From Octopus bimaculoides (taxonomy: Eukaryota), in NCBI RefSeq assembly GCF_001194135.2, contig NC_068982.1:7873241-7937240 (forward strand): DNA of 64,000 nucleotides. Direction: 5' to 3'. Each line of letters opens with the position of its first letter. The first letter of the stretch is position 1. The notes under the pieces were generated by a model. That model made no database searches, was not told the DNA's origin, and saw only the letters and a program-made list of their open reading frames with translations. A program made the translations under genes and the position numbers. Below, one piece after another: positions 11,561 to 25,213 of this stretch.

Positions 11561-12294
11561 TATAGAAATTACCATGGATTTTCATGCAATACCTTGGGAA
11601 AGTTTCTTTTGTCTTAGACTCAGTGTGGCCAAGGCCTTGTGAGTGAAATTTGATTGGCAAAACTGTATGGAAATTCATGAGAGAGACTATTCCTGTTCTT
11701 TGGTGGTAGACTTAAATTGTTGAATGATTTAACATGAATAACTTGTTCTGGGGTGTCTTTAGCAGAGAGTCTGTTGCAAGCATTGAGGCCAAGTCTCTTG
11801 ACTGAGGATAACATTCTCTTTTCCTCCCACCAGTCTTGAAGATCTGGTGCTAAATAACATTGTAATTGTTGTTTGATTATAGGAATTTTTTTTTTTGAGA
11901 CAAGGATATCAAATATCACATCTCACTAAATGCATCCATGAGTATCGGAAAAAAACAATTAAGAGGTAGTGACAGCTGTATTAGAATATTTTATTGATTA
12001 ATGAACTAGAACAGCAAAACTCAATAGATATTTCTGATCATGTAAAGAAAAAAAAAAAAATTTAGTTCAATTATTTCCAGAGCGTTGAAGATCATACTTA
12101 GTAGATGAGAGTAGGATATTGTATCACATACTAGATTGTCAAAAGTATGCTTTTACTATTATAACATAGTTGAGTAGCTCTAAGTCTACTCTAGATTTAG
12201 CAAAGTTTAATCTGAGGTCTAGCAATATTAAACAAAGCATCATTCAGCCAGTATTCTAATGAGGGTAAGTAATCCCATCTTTGTTACTGGTAGT

Positions 12295-12930
12295 TTAACT
12301 TAATCACCATCATGATCATCTAAAATCTGTTTTCCATTCTGGCATGGGTGGGATGGTTTGACCAAGGCTGGCACGCTGGAAGGCTGCATCAGACTCCAGC
12401 CTGTTTTGGCATGGTTTCTACGGCTGGATGTCCTTCCTAATGCCAGCCACTCTGGGAGTGAAATGGATGCTTTTACATGCCATTGGCATGGGTGCCATTT
12501 GCATGACACTGGTAAAACCACATCTGCAGTTTTACTTGGCTTGATGGGTCTTCTTCTCAAGCACAGCATAATGCCAAATGGACTTGGTCATTGCCTCCAT
12601 GAGGCCCAACGCTCGAAGCACAGCATAATTCCAAATGGTTTGGGTCCTTGCCTCCATGGGGCCCAATGCCTGAAAGGTGATTTTATGTGCCACAGGCACG
12701 GGTGCCATTTGTGTGACACTGGTATCTGCCATGCTTGCAATTTTACTTGACTTGATGGGTCTTCTTCTCAAGCACAACATAATGCCAAAGGTCTCGGTCA
12801 TTGCCTCTGTGGGGCCCAACACTTGAAAGGAGCTCAACCACTTTGCCTCCGTGAGGCTCAACGCTCAAAAGGTGCTTATTGTGTGCCACCTGCATGGGTG
12901 CCAGTTATGTGATATCAGCGTCAGCCAACT
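12295..12930 (-). mobile_element. Rearranged RTE 3' end with reiterated ORF C-terminus
   Basis: Tail and UTR at 12295-12530, then several copies of the segment encoding LG(L/P)(T/M)EA(M/R)T...W.YAVL(EK). Confidence 0.75.
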
Positions 12931-13184
12931 TTTAAGAATATTCTATGCAATAAAAATAAGGCATATTACCACACATTCTTCAAAAGGAGGATATAATTGA
13001 TTAAATGTACTTTGGTATGAGATACTCTTATATCATCAATTCCATCAAAATAAAAGACAAAGGTGAGCTTGATTTGAACTAGGAACATAAAGTACAGCAC
13101 CTAAATACAACTTATTTTGTCTAACACAATTCAGCCAACACACTCCTGATTTTCATATACTTGCATGAATGCACCCATCAATAC

Positions 13185-15200
13185 ATGCATGTATACAGTA
13201 CACAATTTTGGGTTTGCTTATGTCAATGATATCCTCATTGTAAGCGACACATGTGAGAATCATCTCTGGCACTTGTCTCAGCTTTTTCAGTGTTTTCGCG
13301 ACTATGTTGTGCACATTAATCCAGGCAAATGTGTGTTTGGGCAATCTTCTCTTGATTTTCTCGGCCATCATATTGACTCGAGTGGCATCAAACCTCTCTC
13401 GTCTAAAGTCGATGCAATTCAGTGCATCGCACCTCCTACTTCTTTGTGCCAGCTGAGGCATTATCTTGGCATGGTAAATTTCTATCGATGCTTTATACCT
13501 GTTGTGCGGATAAGCTACTTCCTCTGACCCAGCTACTAAAGAACACCTCTAAAAAGGACAGTCAAATCACCCTCTCAGCTGAAGCATTATCTGCTTTCAA
13601 GTCCATCAAGAAGGAGTTAGCTTCTGTTCCTTTGCTTACACATCCGGTTCCTGGTGCTTCTCTCTCTTTAACTGTAGATGCATCAGACTCTGCAATTGGT
13701 GCTGTGCTGCAACACAGTGGACGATTGTACTCGACCTCTGGCTTTCTTTTCTTGCCAACTGCAACCAGCTGAGCGACGATACAGCACTTTTGATAGTGAG
13801 CTCCTAACAGTCTACCTGTCAGTTTGTCATTTTCAACATCAACTCGAAGGTCAAGATTTTGTGATCTATACAGATCAGAAGCCTCTTACGTTTGCCCTGT
13901 CATTTAAAATGGACAAACTCTCGCCTCCTGCATTCTGTCACTTGGATTTTATTTTACAGTTTACCAGTGACATTCGTCATATACCTGGAAAAAGAACGTT
14001 CCTGCTGACGCTCTTTCTCGTCTTCCAGTCTGTTCTCTTTCATCTCCTGCTGCAATTAATTTAACTGCCATTTTGCAGGAGCAACTACCTTTGGCGTTGT
14101 TAGACTTAACTTTGCCTAAGTTCTTTTGTTGCCAGTTTGCCTATCTTCTGCTTCCTTCGGCTGAAGGCAATATTCTTTGTGATACTTCCACTGGTTCTCC
14201 CAGGCCACTCGTGCCTGAGAATCATCAACGCTCAGTGTTTGAGGCACTGCACTCCTTATCACATCCTGGCATCGCTGCTACCCTTAAGCTTGGTTTTTCT
14301 GGCCAAATAGGCATCACGCTCCAAGTGCCAACGGTCCAAGATTCAATGGCACATTCGTGCCCCACTTGGACACTTTCCCCCAACGGAAGCATGTTTTCGC
14401 CATGTCTACATTGATCTGGTTGGACCATGGCCTGTGAGTTGCGGGTTCTCTTAACTTTTAGCATGTGTCGATTGCTTCTCCCGTTGGCCAGAAGCCATTC
14501 CAATAGCAGATATTTCTGCTAAATCTGTTGCTCTCGCTTTTGTTTCTAACTGGATCTCCCGTTTCGGAGTTTCGTCCAGATTAACTACTGATCGTGGATG
14601 TCAGTTTGAAGCTTCTTTATTTTGTGAATTGTCACGTATTCTAGGTGTGCACCACATTCGCACAACCAGTTATCATCCAGCTTCTAATGGATTAGTTGAA
14701 TGTTTCCATAGACAGCTCAAGGCCACTCTACATGCCTCTTCAGATCTACAGTCTTGGACTGAATTTCTGCCAATTGTTCTTCTTGGTTGTCGTAGTGCTG
14801 TCAAAGCAGACCTGGGTTTTTCTTCTGCAGAGCTACTGTATGGTACCACATTGGCATTGCTTGGTACGATGTTGGTGCCAGACACTTCACAGCTCCATGA
14901 ACTGGCGTCTTATGCCGCCAGACTTCGCACTTATTTTTCAAATCTTCCGTCCATGGTTTCCCAGGAACAATCTTCACCCTCTCATGTCCCACTGGATATG
15001 AACTCTTGGTCACATGTTTTTGTTCGAGACAACTCTGTCAAGGGATCTCTTGTTTCTTCTTACAAAGGACCTTTTTGTGTGCTTTCTCACACACCCAAAG
15101 GTTTTACCATCGAAATGAATGGTCGTTTGGAGACTGTTTCTGTTCCAACTTAAAAAAGCGTATTTTGAAGTGTCCACATCTTTTGATGACACCGCTGCCA
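13185..15200 (+). mobile_element. Gypsy/Ty3 LTR-retrotransposon pol remnant (RT-RNaseH-integrase)
   Basis: FAYVNDILIVS (RT, YxDD decayed), FLGHHIDSSGIKPL, LTVDASDSAIGAVL, YSTFDSELL (RNase H), HVYIDLVGPWP, LTTDRGCQFE, TSYHPASNGLVECFHRQLK (integrase). Multiple stops and frameshifts; no LTRs recognised. Confidence 0.92.
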
Positions 15201-17094
15201 CACCCACCTTTGAAATAGACATCCTTAACATACACCTACAGTTTTCCAACTAAATATGCTAAAAGCTTAATACACTTCATTTTCTTTTTTACCTGATTTT
15301 AGCAATTACTACAACCAACAAGGGATACCTTAGCATAACCACTCACCCTGTTGTCAAATTTGTCTTAGATCATACCGCACATCTTCAAATTTGAAGGACA
15401 CATTGGATAATGTAGTCTTGGATAAATAGACAAAATGATCATGATTGGAACATCTTATGTGATAGGTATTCTTGATAAAAGCTGACCTAGCTAATCAACA
15501 AATATCTTACTATAAGTAGTTCTCTCACAAATACATAGCAACAACGAGTTTTAGGACTAGATTGAAATCACACCAGTGAGATACCATCTGTGGAAAAGTT
15601 GAGTAGTCTTATATAGCAGAACATGCATAGATGGAAAATTTATACAGGTGAAAGTGGATGAACGCTAACATTATTTAAATAAAGCCATACTGGAAAGTAT
15701 GGAAAATAAAAACAACAGAATGTAATCTCTCCTCAGATAATGCTGTCAGTAAATCTAATATCAACCTCAGTCCCACATAAACACAGATATCTTTTTTGAA
15801 TGATATGTAAATGTTTACCTCAGTAGCATACTTGATATGATTGGGGTCCCTTTTATATGATGAATTCAAAGAGTGAAGTTTTGATTATTGTAGATGAAAC
15901 ACATAACTATGTTGGTGAAGCATTGGCAGATGAAGATCTAAAAACAGCCAAGTTCCTAAAGCCCAAGAACTATGTACTTAGTAAAGTAAAGGTACCTTGA
16001 ACGATCATCCACCACAATAATATAATGTTCTCTCTTTGCACTTACGGTTTTACTGATGTTGTAATTTATTGATTGATTGCTTCAGAGGATGCAGTGTGAC
16101 TAAATAGTTGAAAAATTTATTCTGCAGTTATGAGGTCCCACATTTGAACTCCCAATGTGCCATTTTAGGCAAGTATTTTTTGCTATAGTTTTGGTTGATA
16201 CAACCTTTTGAGTAAAATTAGATGTATAGAAATGTGTTGGATGGATTGTATCTGTAATGTCCAGTCTTGTCACATATGTCACTCTGATTCTACCTGAGAA
16301 TATATTAGTGCTACATGTGTGTAAGGAATATTCAGCCACTTTTATGCTAACTTAATGAATATGTCATTCAGCTCATTGAATAATTGAACACACAGCTTCA
16401 AAACTGACTGAGAGACACATTTACTTCATTTTGAAGGAATAAAATTAAAATCTCATTAGATATACTGAAAATATTTTCATAATGCCAAACAGAAATGTTA
16501 ATTTCAAATTAAATATTGTTACTGCATTTGGTCAGCCCTGACAAAGCAGATCTTTGATCAAAGTCATTCAGGCCTTAACTGTCCAGGTTTTGGATATCAA
16601 GGGTTACATTGCCTAAAGCATCTGTGATGATTTTGTAAGAGACTTATAGGAGATTTGGTTGCTATATCTAGTAAGTCATTTGACTGCACAGACTCACTTG
16701 CTGGCTTGTCAAGTTGATGTATATTTTTGATCTGCAGAACATTTGGTAAAGTTTTGTATGTAAGAAAATAGTGAAACATCTAGTTAGCTTAAAATATATT
16801 TTGATATTCTTAGGATCCAATGGCAATGAATGGCAAAATTAGCAGAGTATTGGAAAACATGCTGATTTGAAATATTGCCAAAGTCAGCTTTGGCAGTACT
16901 TATTTTATCAACCTTCCATAGTTGATTAAATAAGAACTAGCCAAATACTCAGTTTAATATAATTGAATGTACCCTCTCAGCAGATTAGTAACTTATTTTG
17001 AGGATCCAGAGCTACAAAGAATAATCAAAAGGTTTTAGGTCTTTATTTCACATTAAACAGGAATACGAGAAGTTCAGTGTTTTTGGATTTAATT

Positions 17095-19920
17095 CTTCAC
17101 CATCATCATCATCATATGTCTGTTTTCCATGCTGGCATGAGTTGGATGCTTTGGTAGTAGCTGGCCAGCCAGAGTGATGCCCAGGCTCCAGTCATCTGTT
17201 TTGGCATGGTTTCAGGGGCTAGATGCCCTCCTTAATGCTAACCACTCTACAGAGTGTACTAGGTGCTTTTTATGTGGCACTGGTACGAATGCTTTCATGT
17301 AGCACTGGCATTTGTACTATTTATGTGGCACTGACACAAGTGCTTTTTATGTAGCACTGACACAGGCCATAAAGAATCTGTTTGTATGCTTGGATGGCCA
17401 GAATTTTATTTAACTTGACATGTCTTCTCAAGTACAGTAAATTGCCAAAAGTCATCTCTTCATTGGAGCCCAATGTCTAGAGATCCTTTCTCACTGCTTC
17501 ATCCTATGTCTTCCTGGGTCTACCTCTCCTGCAGCTTCCATCTACAATTAGAGATCAGCACTTCTCTATGCAACTATCCTCATCCATATGCTTCATGTGG
17601 CTATACCAGTGCAATCTTCTCTGTTACATGCAACAGCTGATGCCTCTTGTGCCAATTTTTCTCTTTATACACTGTCATATATCCATAATAACACTAACCA
17701 TACAGTGGAGCATGCTGGCTTCATTTCTTTCAAATTTTTGCAGGTCCTCTGTAATCATAGCCCAGGTTTCACTATCATGCAGCATAGCTGTTCACACATG
17801 GGCATCATACAATCTGCCTTTCACTTTGAGGGGGAGGCTCTTTGTTACCAACAAAGGTAGGAGCTCTCTGAATTTTGCCCAGCCTGTTCTTATTCTAGCA
17901 ACTACAGTTTCAGAACATTTTCCTCCACTGATAACTTGGTTACCAAGGTAAGGGAAACTATCTACTACTTCTAAGGACCTTAACCATCGGACATTTGAGG
18001 AAGTTGATTCTCTGTTCATTCTCAGTGTTTATGTTACCCACACATTTGCTACACACAAAGATTACTTTCTCTGTTAACTTTCTTGTGATATCACTGCACC
18101 TCTTATTTACACCATATGGAATTTCTATCAACACCTTTCAAGGTACACTGTATGGAATTTCTACCAACCCCTTTTTGACATATTGAGCAGGACCATCTCT
18201 ATGAAAAAGTATATGATTTGTCTGTTTTCCTACTTACTAGGACTCTGGTCTTTGCTAAATTAACTCTTGGATTCTAAACCTTGCTTCCACACCTGAAATT
18301 TTCTCTCAAGCCCTGGTAGGGATTCATCTATATAAACAAGGTCATTAGCATAGAGGAGCTTTTAAGGGCAGCCAGACTTGAATCCCTGTGTTATAGCCTG
18401 GATGACTATGATAAACAAGAGGAGGCTGAGAACTGATCATTAGAGAACTCTTTCTTGTACACTAAATTCATTGTTATACTCATTACTGACCTTCACCTTA
18501 CAGCATCCCTGCATTTGAGTTGTGCAGCTCCCACCAACCATTCATCAATCCCTAGCTTCTACATTGACCACCAGATGAGGTAGTGGTGGGGGTCTTGTGA
18601 AAGGCTTTCTCCTAGTCAACAAAAGCCAAGTACAAAGATTTATTCTTGGCTAATATTTAGCAGCCTGCCTTTCATAATGGCATTTCCATGCCTCTTTCTT
18701 TGCAGAATTAATAACTGCAAGTGAACCATCATCCATGTGCATACACTTCTCTCCTACTGCATCACAATTTTCTCACGCACTGTCTTCCAATCTGAAACAT
18801 CTTGAGCTACTGGTCTTCATTTCACTTCCTTCCTGGCTAAATATACTTATCTCTTAGCCTCCTTTTTAGCTTTCTGATATAGCACCCTGTTACTGCTACT
18901 CTCCCTATCTTTCCAGGCCCATTTCTTTGCTCTAATGGCTCTGTCTATTTCCCTGTTCCATCACCATTTCACCTTAAGTCTGGAGGGGAGTTTGCACCAG
19001 TTGCAAATTTGGTGGCCCTCATTAAGAACCTCTAGGTATCCTCTATATTATATACTAGTATCCCCTTCTCATCAAATGCTTCACTGAATATGTCTCTAAA
19101 TTTCTGACTACTCTGAGGCTACTTGAGCTTCCAGATCTTGCTTTTCCAGACTGATTTACTTCATGGACCCCCTTCTAGCCCTGAACCTGAAGTCACTAAC
19201 AGCTCTTCACTTGGGAAGGATTTTGCATTAATAATTAACTACCTTTCTTGTTTTCTGGTGAGAATGTAGTCAATCTGGCTTGTGTGATCACCAGTTTTAT
19301 AAGTGAACAGGTGATTGGTTGGTTTACTGACGTTAACATTACAGATCTTGAGGTCATTTGCATCACAGGACTCCAGCAGTCTAGATTCCCCCTCATTTTG
19401 AGATTTGACTCCTTAGTCCTTGTGCACATCATGGAAGCCATCCAGATGCTGCCCAATATGTCCATTGAGGTCATCAGCCATGAAGAGAATGTCATTGTCA
19501 TTTGTTCACAAGATAGTCTGCAAAAGGGTCTCATAAAATTAATCTTTCTGTTTGTCTGGCAGGCCCAGTTGAGGAGTGTAAACAGAAATAATAGTTACTG
19601 TCTCATTTTGCAAAACTAGTCTAAGCTTAAGTATCCTATCACACACTTTGACCTTATTGACCCTTTTCTTAGCAAGAAGTATACCCATACCATCATCACT
19701 ATTATCTAGCCAGAAGATTTTATACCTATGCTCTTTGCCTGTGAGGAACGTGGCTGAAATGCCTATCCATCTTACTCCTTGAATGTAGCTTGCATCTATG
19801 CACTTCATTCTAGCATCGTGACAATCTCACCAGATGTGCCTACGTTGAGTGTGCAATTCTAAAGGTGAGGAAGAGCACAGGAAGAACATTCTGCATCTGA
19901 AAAGGTTTGCATGGATGTTT
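17095..19920 (-). mobile_element. Old, near-full-length degenerate RTE LINE
   Basis: APE endonuclease fragments (LRLVLQNETVTIISVYTPQ, 19539-19808), RT/C-terminal fragments (VVARIRTGWAKFRELLPLL) and an (ATG)n tail at ~17100. Many stops and deletions. Confidence 0.85.
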
Positions 19921-21084
19921 GCCAGATATAAGTTCATATAGGTTATCTTGCATTTAATTTACAGCCATACTTTCACTTCACACATCTATCAGAAGAGGAT
20001 CTGGTATGATCCATTGCTTCTACAGTGTCGGAATAGATAAAATAGTGCTGATAAATAATCTCACTTGCCATGTCTACCGGAAAAGGAGCATACGATAAAC
20101 ACCATTGTTTGTACAAGATAAGATAGATAGATAAATAAACTAGAGCTGATAATCAGCCCATCTTAACATATTCCTGATGCGAGAAAGTTCTTACATGTAA
20201 AATGACAGCATGAGAGGGCACAATAAAATTCTAACAAAATAGCATGAGAGGGCATAAATGTTAAATTTGATTGATCTTAAAAAACAAAGTTTAAATGGAA
20301 TATTGTAAAATGTATTTTCTGGTCTAGTGCATGCAATCCTTTTATATTTGAATAAGACAGGTTTCCATACAGTTTCTGTTTACCAGGTTCCACTTATAAA
20401 GAATTTGTGAATCTGAACCTTTAACAGTAGACATCTACATTGTATCTTTGACTCCTTGATGCTTTAAGGTAGCCTTAAAAAATATTTCTCTAATGTTAAC
20501 ATTAATGTTGAATAAATGAATCATTAGAATTAACAAACATCTTGACATATGTTACCAACTTTTCATCGATATCAGGAATTTTATTAGTACAATATATAAA
20601 GCTAATAGTGTTTGCGATTCACTCAATTAACATTACAGATCAAAGTTTAAATCTATAAAATGCAATGATTGTCACATACTGAAATGTCTGCTTCAGATTT
20701 TAATCAACTTTTAAACAAACAGTGTTGAATTACAGTTTTTTATTCCTCTCTTTTCTTTTCCGAGAATGTAGAAGAGGTGAATAGGATATAAATGTGTAGG
20801 TTTGGAAAAGGTATATGGGTTGGAAAAAAGCATTGACCTGTATCATATTTGTTCTAACGTTTCATGTATTTCATGTTTGATTTATCAATATATAATGACT
20901 CCTGCACCATAAAATTAAAGCTTTAAAAAACATAATCCTACTAAAATTGCTATTGTACATAGAAGCAGGAATGATAGTCTCATACTAATTATTTTATAAC
21001 ACTTAAATTTGTCACTCTGCATTCTGAGTTTCCACTTTGATGGAATCAAATTAGTCTTTATTCTATTATTCTTCTGTGATTCAT

Positions 21085-22206
21085 AGAATAAATAGGTATC
21101 AAGTTGTTAGATCAGGTAATGAAAGTCACGGAGAGGGTCATAGCCCAACTAATTAGGGAGAGAGTCAGTTTAGATGAGATGCAGTTTGGGTTCATGCCAG
21201 GGAAAAGCACCACTAATGCTATATTTCTGGTAAGACAGCTTCAGGAGAAATACCTAGCCAAGGATAAACCTCTGTACCTGGCTTTCGTTGACATGGAGAA
21301 AGCCTTTGACAGGGTCCCCTGCTCCCTTATCTGGTGGTCAATGACGAAACTAGGGATAAATGAATGGTTAGTGAGAGCTGTGCGAGCCATGTACAGAGAC
21401 GCTGTCAGTAAGGAGAGGGTTGGCAATGAGTACAGTGAAAAATTCCGGGTAGAGGTAGGCATCCACCAAAGTTCAATCCTCAGCCCCCTCCTATTTATCA
21501 TAGTCCTCCAAGCAATAACAGAGGAATTCAAGACAGGATGCCCCTGGGAGCTCCTTTATGCTGATGACCTTGCATTAATTGCTGAGTCACTATCAGAACT
21601 AGAGAGGTTTCAGGTATGGAAGCAAGGACTAGAATCAAAGGGCCTTAGAGTCAACCTAGCTAAAACCAAAGTCCTAATAAGTAGGAAGGTAGACAAAACA
21701 CAAACTCCTGCTCGGTCTGTAGATAAGGCGTAGGTAGAAACTCTATAAGATATACCCAGTGTAAACTATGGATACATAAGAGGTGCAGCAATATCACAGG
21801 AAGGCTAACTAGGAAGTTAGTTTTCGTTTGTAGCAGATGTTCAGGTGCAATAAACACTGAAAATGAGCAGAAAACAACCTTTGCCACATTCCAAGGAGAA
21901 AAACTAGAAGTAGTTGATAGCTTCCGTTATCTAGGTGACCAAATTAGTAGCGGGAGAGGGTGACCAAATTAGTAGCGCTGAAAGTGTAGCTGCTAGAATA
22001 AGAATAGCCTGGGCAAAGTTCAGAGAGCTCTTACCTCTGCTGGTGACAAAGGGCCTCTCACTCAGAGTAAAAGGCAGACTGTATGACGTGTATGAACAGC
22101 CATGCTACATGGCAGTGAAATATGGGCCTTAACTGCTAAGGACATGCGTAAGCTCGCAAGAAACAAAGCCAATATTCACCGATGGAGGTGTAATGTTAGT
22201 GTGCAT
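21085..22206 (+). mobile_element. RTE LINE RT fragment (5'- and 3'-truncated)
   Basis: ORF 21104-21733 with QFGFMPGKST, AFVDMEKAFDRV and LLYADDLAL, continuing to AARIRIAWAKFRELLPLL. Confidence 0.92.
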
Positions 22207-25195
22207 CTTCGTTTAGCGTCCACTTTCCATACTAGCATGGGTTGGACGATTTGACTGAGGATTGGTGAACCGGATGGCTGCACCAGGCTCCAATCTGATC
22301 TGGCAGAATTTCTACAGCTGGATGCCCTTCCTAACACCAATCACTCTGAGAGTTTAGTGGGTACTTTTACATGCCACTAGCACGAGGGCCAGTGAGGCCG
22401 TACTGGCAACGGCCACGCTCAAAATGGTGTTTTTTACATGCCACCTGCAACTGGATGCCCTTCCTAACACCAACCACTCCATGAGTGTAGTGGGTGCTTT
22501 TACATGCCACTGGCACGTGAGCCAGTCACGCATTACTGGCAACGGCCACGCTCAAATGGTGTTATTTACGTGCCACTAGCACAGAAGCCAGACAGCTGCT
22601 CTGGCAATGATCACGCTTGGATGGTGCTGTTAGTGCTCCACAGGCACAGGTGCTGGTCATCGAATATGCTTCAATTACGATTTCGATTTCACTTGCCCCA
22701 ACAGGTATCCACAAGCAGAGTTTAGTGTCCAATGAAGGAGAGGTTGGCAGGGGTGCCAGTTTGTTTCGAATTTGGTTCGATTTCGATTTCAATTCACTTG
22801 TCTCAACAGGTCTTCGCAAGTTTAGTGTCCAATGAAGTAAAGATATGAATAAGTATGCTGGCAACACTTCTGGCAGAGGCCACAGATTATGCTCTCACTT
22901 GGCTTGCCGGCTCTTCTCACGTACTGCATATTTCCAAAGGTCCCAGTCACTAGTCATTGCCTCAGTGAGGCCTAAAGTTTGAAGGTCATGCTTCACCACC
23001 TCATCCCAGGTCTCCCTGGGCCTACCTCTTGCACAGGTTCCCTCAACCGCTAGGGTGTGGCACTTTTTCACACAGCTATCCTCATCCATTCTTTCCACGT
23101 GACCATACAACCGCAATCATCTCTCTTGCACGCCACAACTGATGCTTCTTAAGTCTAATTTTTCTCTGAAGGTACTTACACTCTGTTGAGTATGCACACT
23201 GACATTACACATCCATCGGAGCATACTGGCTTCGTTTTTTGTCAGCTTAGGCATGTCCTCAGCAGTCAAGACCCATGTTTCACTGCCATGTAGCATGGCA
23301 GTTTGTACACATGCGTCATACAGTCTAGTCTGCCTTTTACTCTGACTGAGAAGCCCCTTGTCACCAGCAGAGGTAAGAGCTCTCTGAACATTGCCCAGTC
23401 TATTCTTATTCTAGCAGCTACACTTTTAGCGCACCCTTTCCCGCTACTAACTTGGTCACCTAGATAGCAGAAGCTATCAACTACTTCTAGTTTTTCTCCT
23501 TGGAATGTAGCAAAGGTTGTTGTCTGCACATTTTCAGTGTTTATTGCTCCTGAGCATCTGCCACATACAAAAACTATCTTGCTAGTAAGCCTTCTTTTGA
23601 AATTGCTGCACCTCTTATGTGTCCATAACTCACATTGGGTACAACTTATAGAGTTTCTCCCTATGCCTTTTCTACAGATCGAGCAGCGCTATCTACCTGA
23701 AGGGGTTTGTGTTTTGTCTACCTTCCTACTTATTAGGACTTTGGTTTTAGCTAGGTTGACTCTAAGGCCCTTCGATTCTAGTCCTTGCTTCCACACCTGA
23801 AACTTCTCCTCTAGTTCTGACAGTGACTCAGCAATTAGTGCCAGGTCATCAGCATAGAGGAGCTCTGAAGGGCATCCTGTCTTGAATTCCTCTGTTATTG
23901 CCTGGAGGGCTATGATAAATAGGAGGGGGCTGAGGACTGACCCTTGGTGGACGCCCTACCTCTACCCAGAATTCTTCACTGTACTCGTTGCCAACCCTCT
24001 CCTTACAGTGTCCATGTACATGGCACGCACAGCTCTTACTAACCATTCATTTATCCCTAATTTCGTCATTGACCACTAGATAAGGGAGTGGGGTACCCTG
24101 TCAAAGGCTTTCTCCATGTCAACGAAAGCCAGGTACAGAGGTTTATCCTTGGCTAAGTATTTCCCCTGCAGCTGTCTTACCAGAAATATAGCATCAGTGG
24201 TGCTTTTCCCTGGCATGAACCCAAGCTGCATCTCATCTAAACTGACTCTCTCCTTAATTAGTTGGGCTATGACCCTCTCCGTGACCTTCATTACCTGGTC
24301 CAACAACTTGATGCCTCTGTAATTGTTTGTGTCTAAAGCATCACCTTTACCTTTGTAGCAGTTGACTATGGTGCTGCTACACCAGTCATTGAGTATAACT
24401 CCTTCATGTATCACCTGGTTAACAATACGGATGACTAGGCTATAACCGACACTGCCAGATATTTTTAGTATCTCTGCAGTGATTCCTGATGGGCCGGGGG
24501 CCTTCCCTGTATTCATACTCTTAATTGCTTTATCTACCATGGTACTGTCAACTCGGATAGCTGGCCCCTCTGTTGGATCGACATGCGGCAAGCTCTGTTT
24601 CTCCCATTCATTCTCTTTATTAAGCAACTTTTCATAGTGGCGTCTCCAAACATCTCTCTTTGCAGCCTCGTTTAGTGCAAGCATACCATCATCCATGCGA
24701 ACACATTTCTCTCCTACGACATCACGATTCTCTCTCACACACAGTCTTGCAACATGAAATACTTCAAGTCTTTGGTCCTCACGGCACAGAACATTGGCAT
24801 TCTTTTTCTTATCTGCTTCCCCTCTGGCTAAATAAACCTGTCTCCTAGCTTCCCTTCTGGCAGTCTGATATAATTCCCTGCTACCTCCGTTCTTCCAGTC
24901 CTTTGAAGCCTGTTTCTTTTGTCTAATAGCCCTGTCAACCACATTGTTCCACCACCACGTTACTTTGGGTCGAGAGGGGACTTTGCACCATCCATAAATC
25001 TGGTCAGTGGCTCTCTGCAGGTTGTCCCGTAGAAACCTCCAATTGTCTTCCACATTATGTGATGCTATATCCCCTTCTATTTCGTCGAAAGCTTTGAGTA
25101 ACACATCTCTAAATCTCTGTCCATTTGCAGGATCTTTAAGCTTCCAGACACTTCTCCAAGCTGGTCTAGTTCTGGGCATCCATTTAGCTTTGATC
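22207..25195 (-). mobile_element. RTE LINE, 5'-truncated ~3 kb copy with 3' UTR
   Basis: 367-aa ORF 24076-25179, RT YADD region at ~23850, C-terminus RLYGHVERMDED...GRPRETW, and a modular 3' UTR with tail at 22207-22870. Confidence 0.93.
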
Positions 25196-25213
25196 CCAAA
25201 TTGCTAACTACAT

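Noticed and set aside
11620-11849. Open minus-strand frame after a good acceptor (tgttatttag|CACCAGAT..., APDLQDWWEEKRML...)
   Set aside because: There is no recognisable domain, no donor and no partner exon, and the end runs into SINE-derived sequence. RNA-seq would be needed to revive it.
15857-16000. Short plus-strand frame with a Walker-B-like VLIIVDETHN
   Set aside because: It is only about 47 codons, bounded by stops, with no other ATPase or helicase motif nearby.
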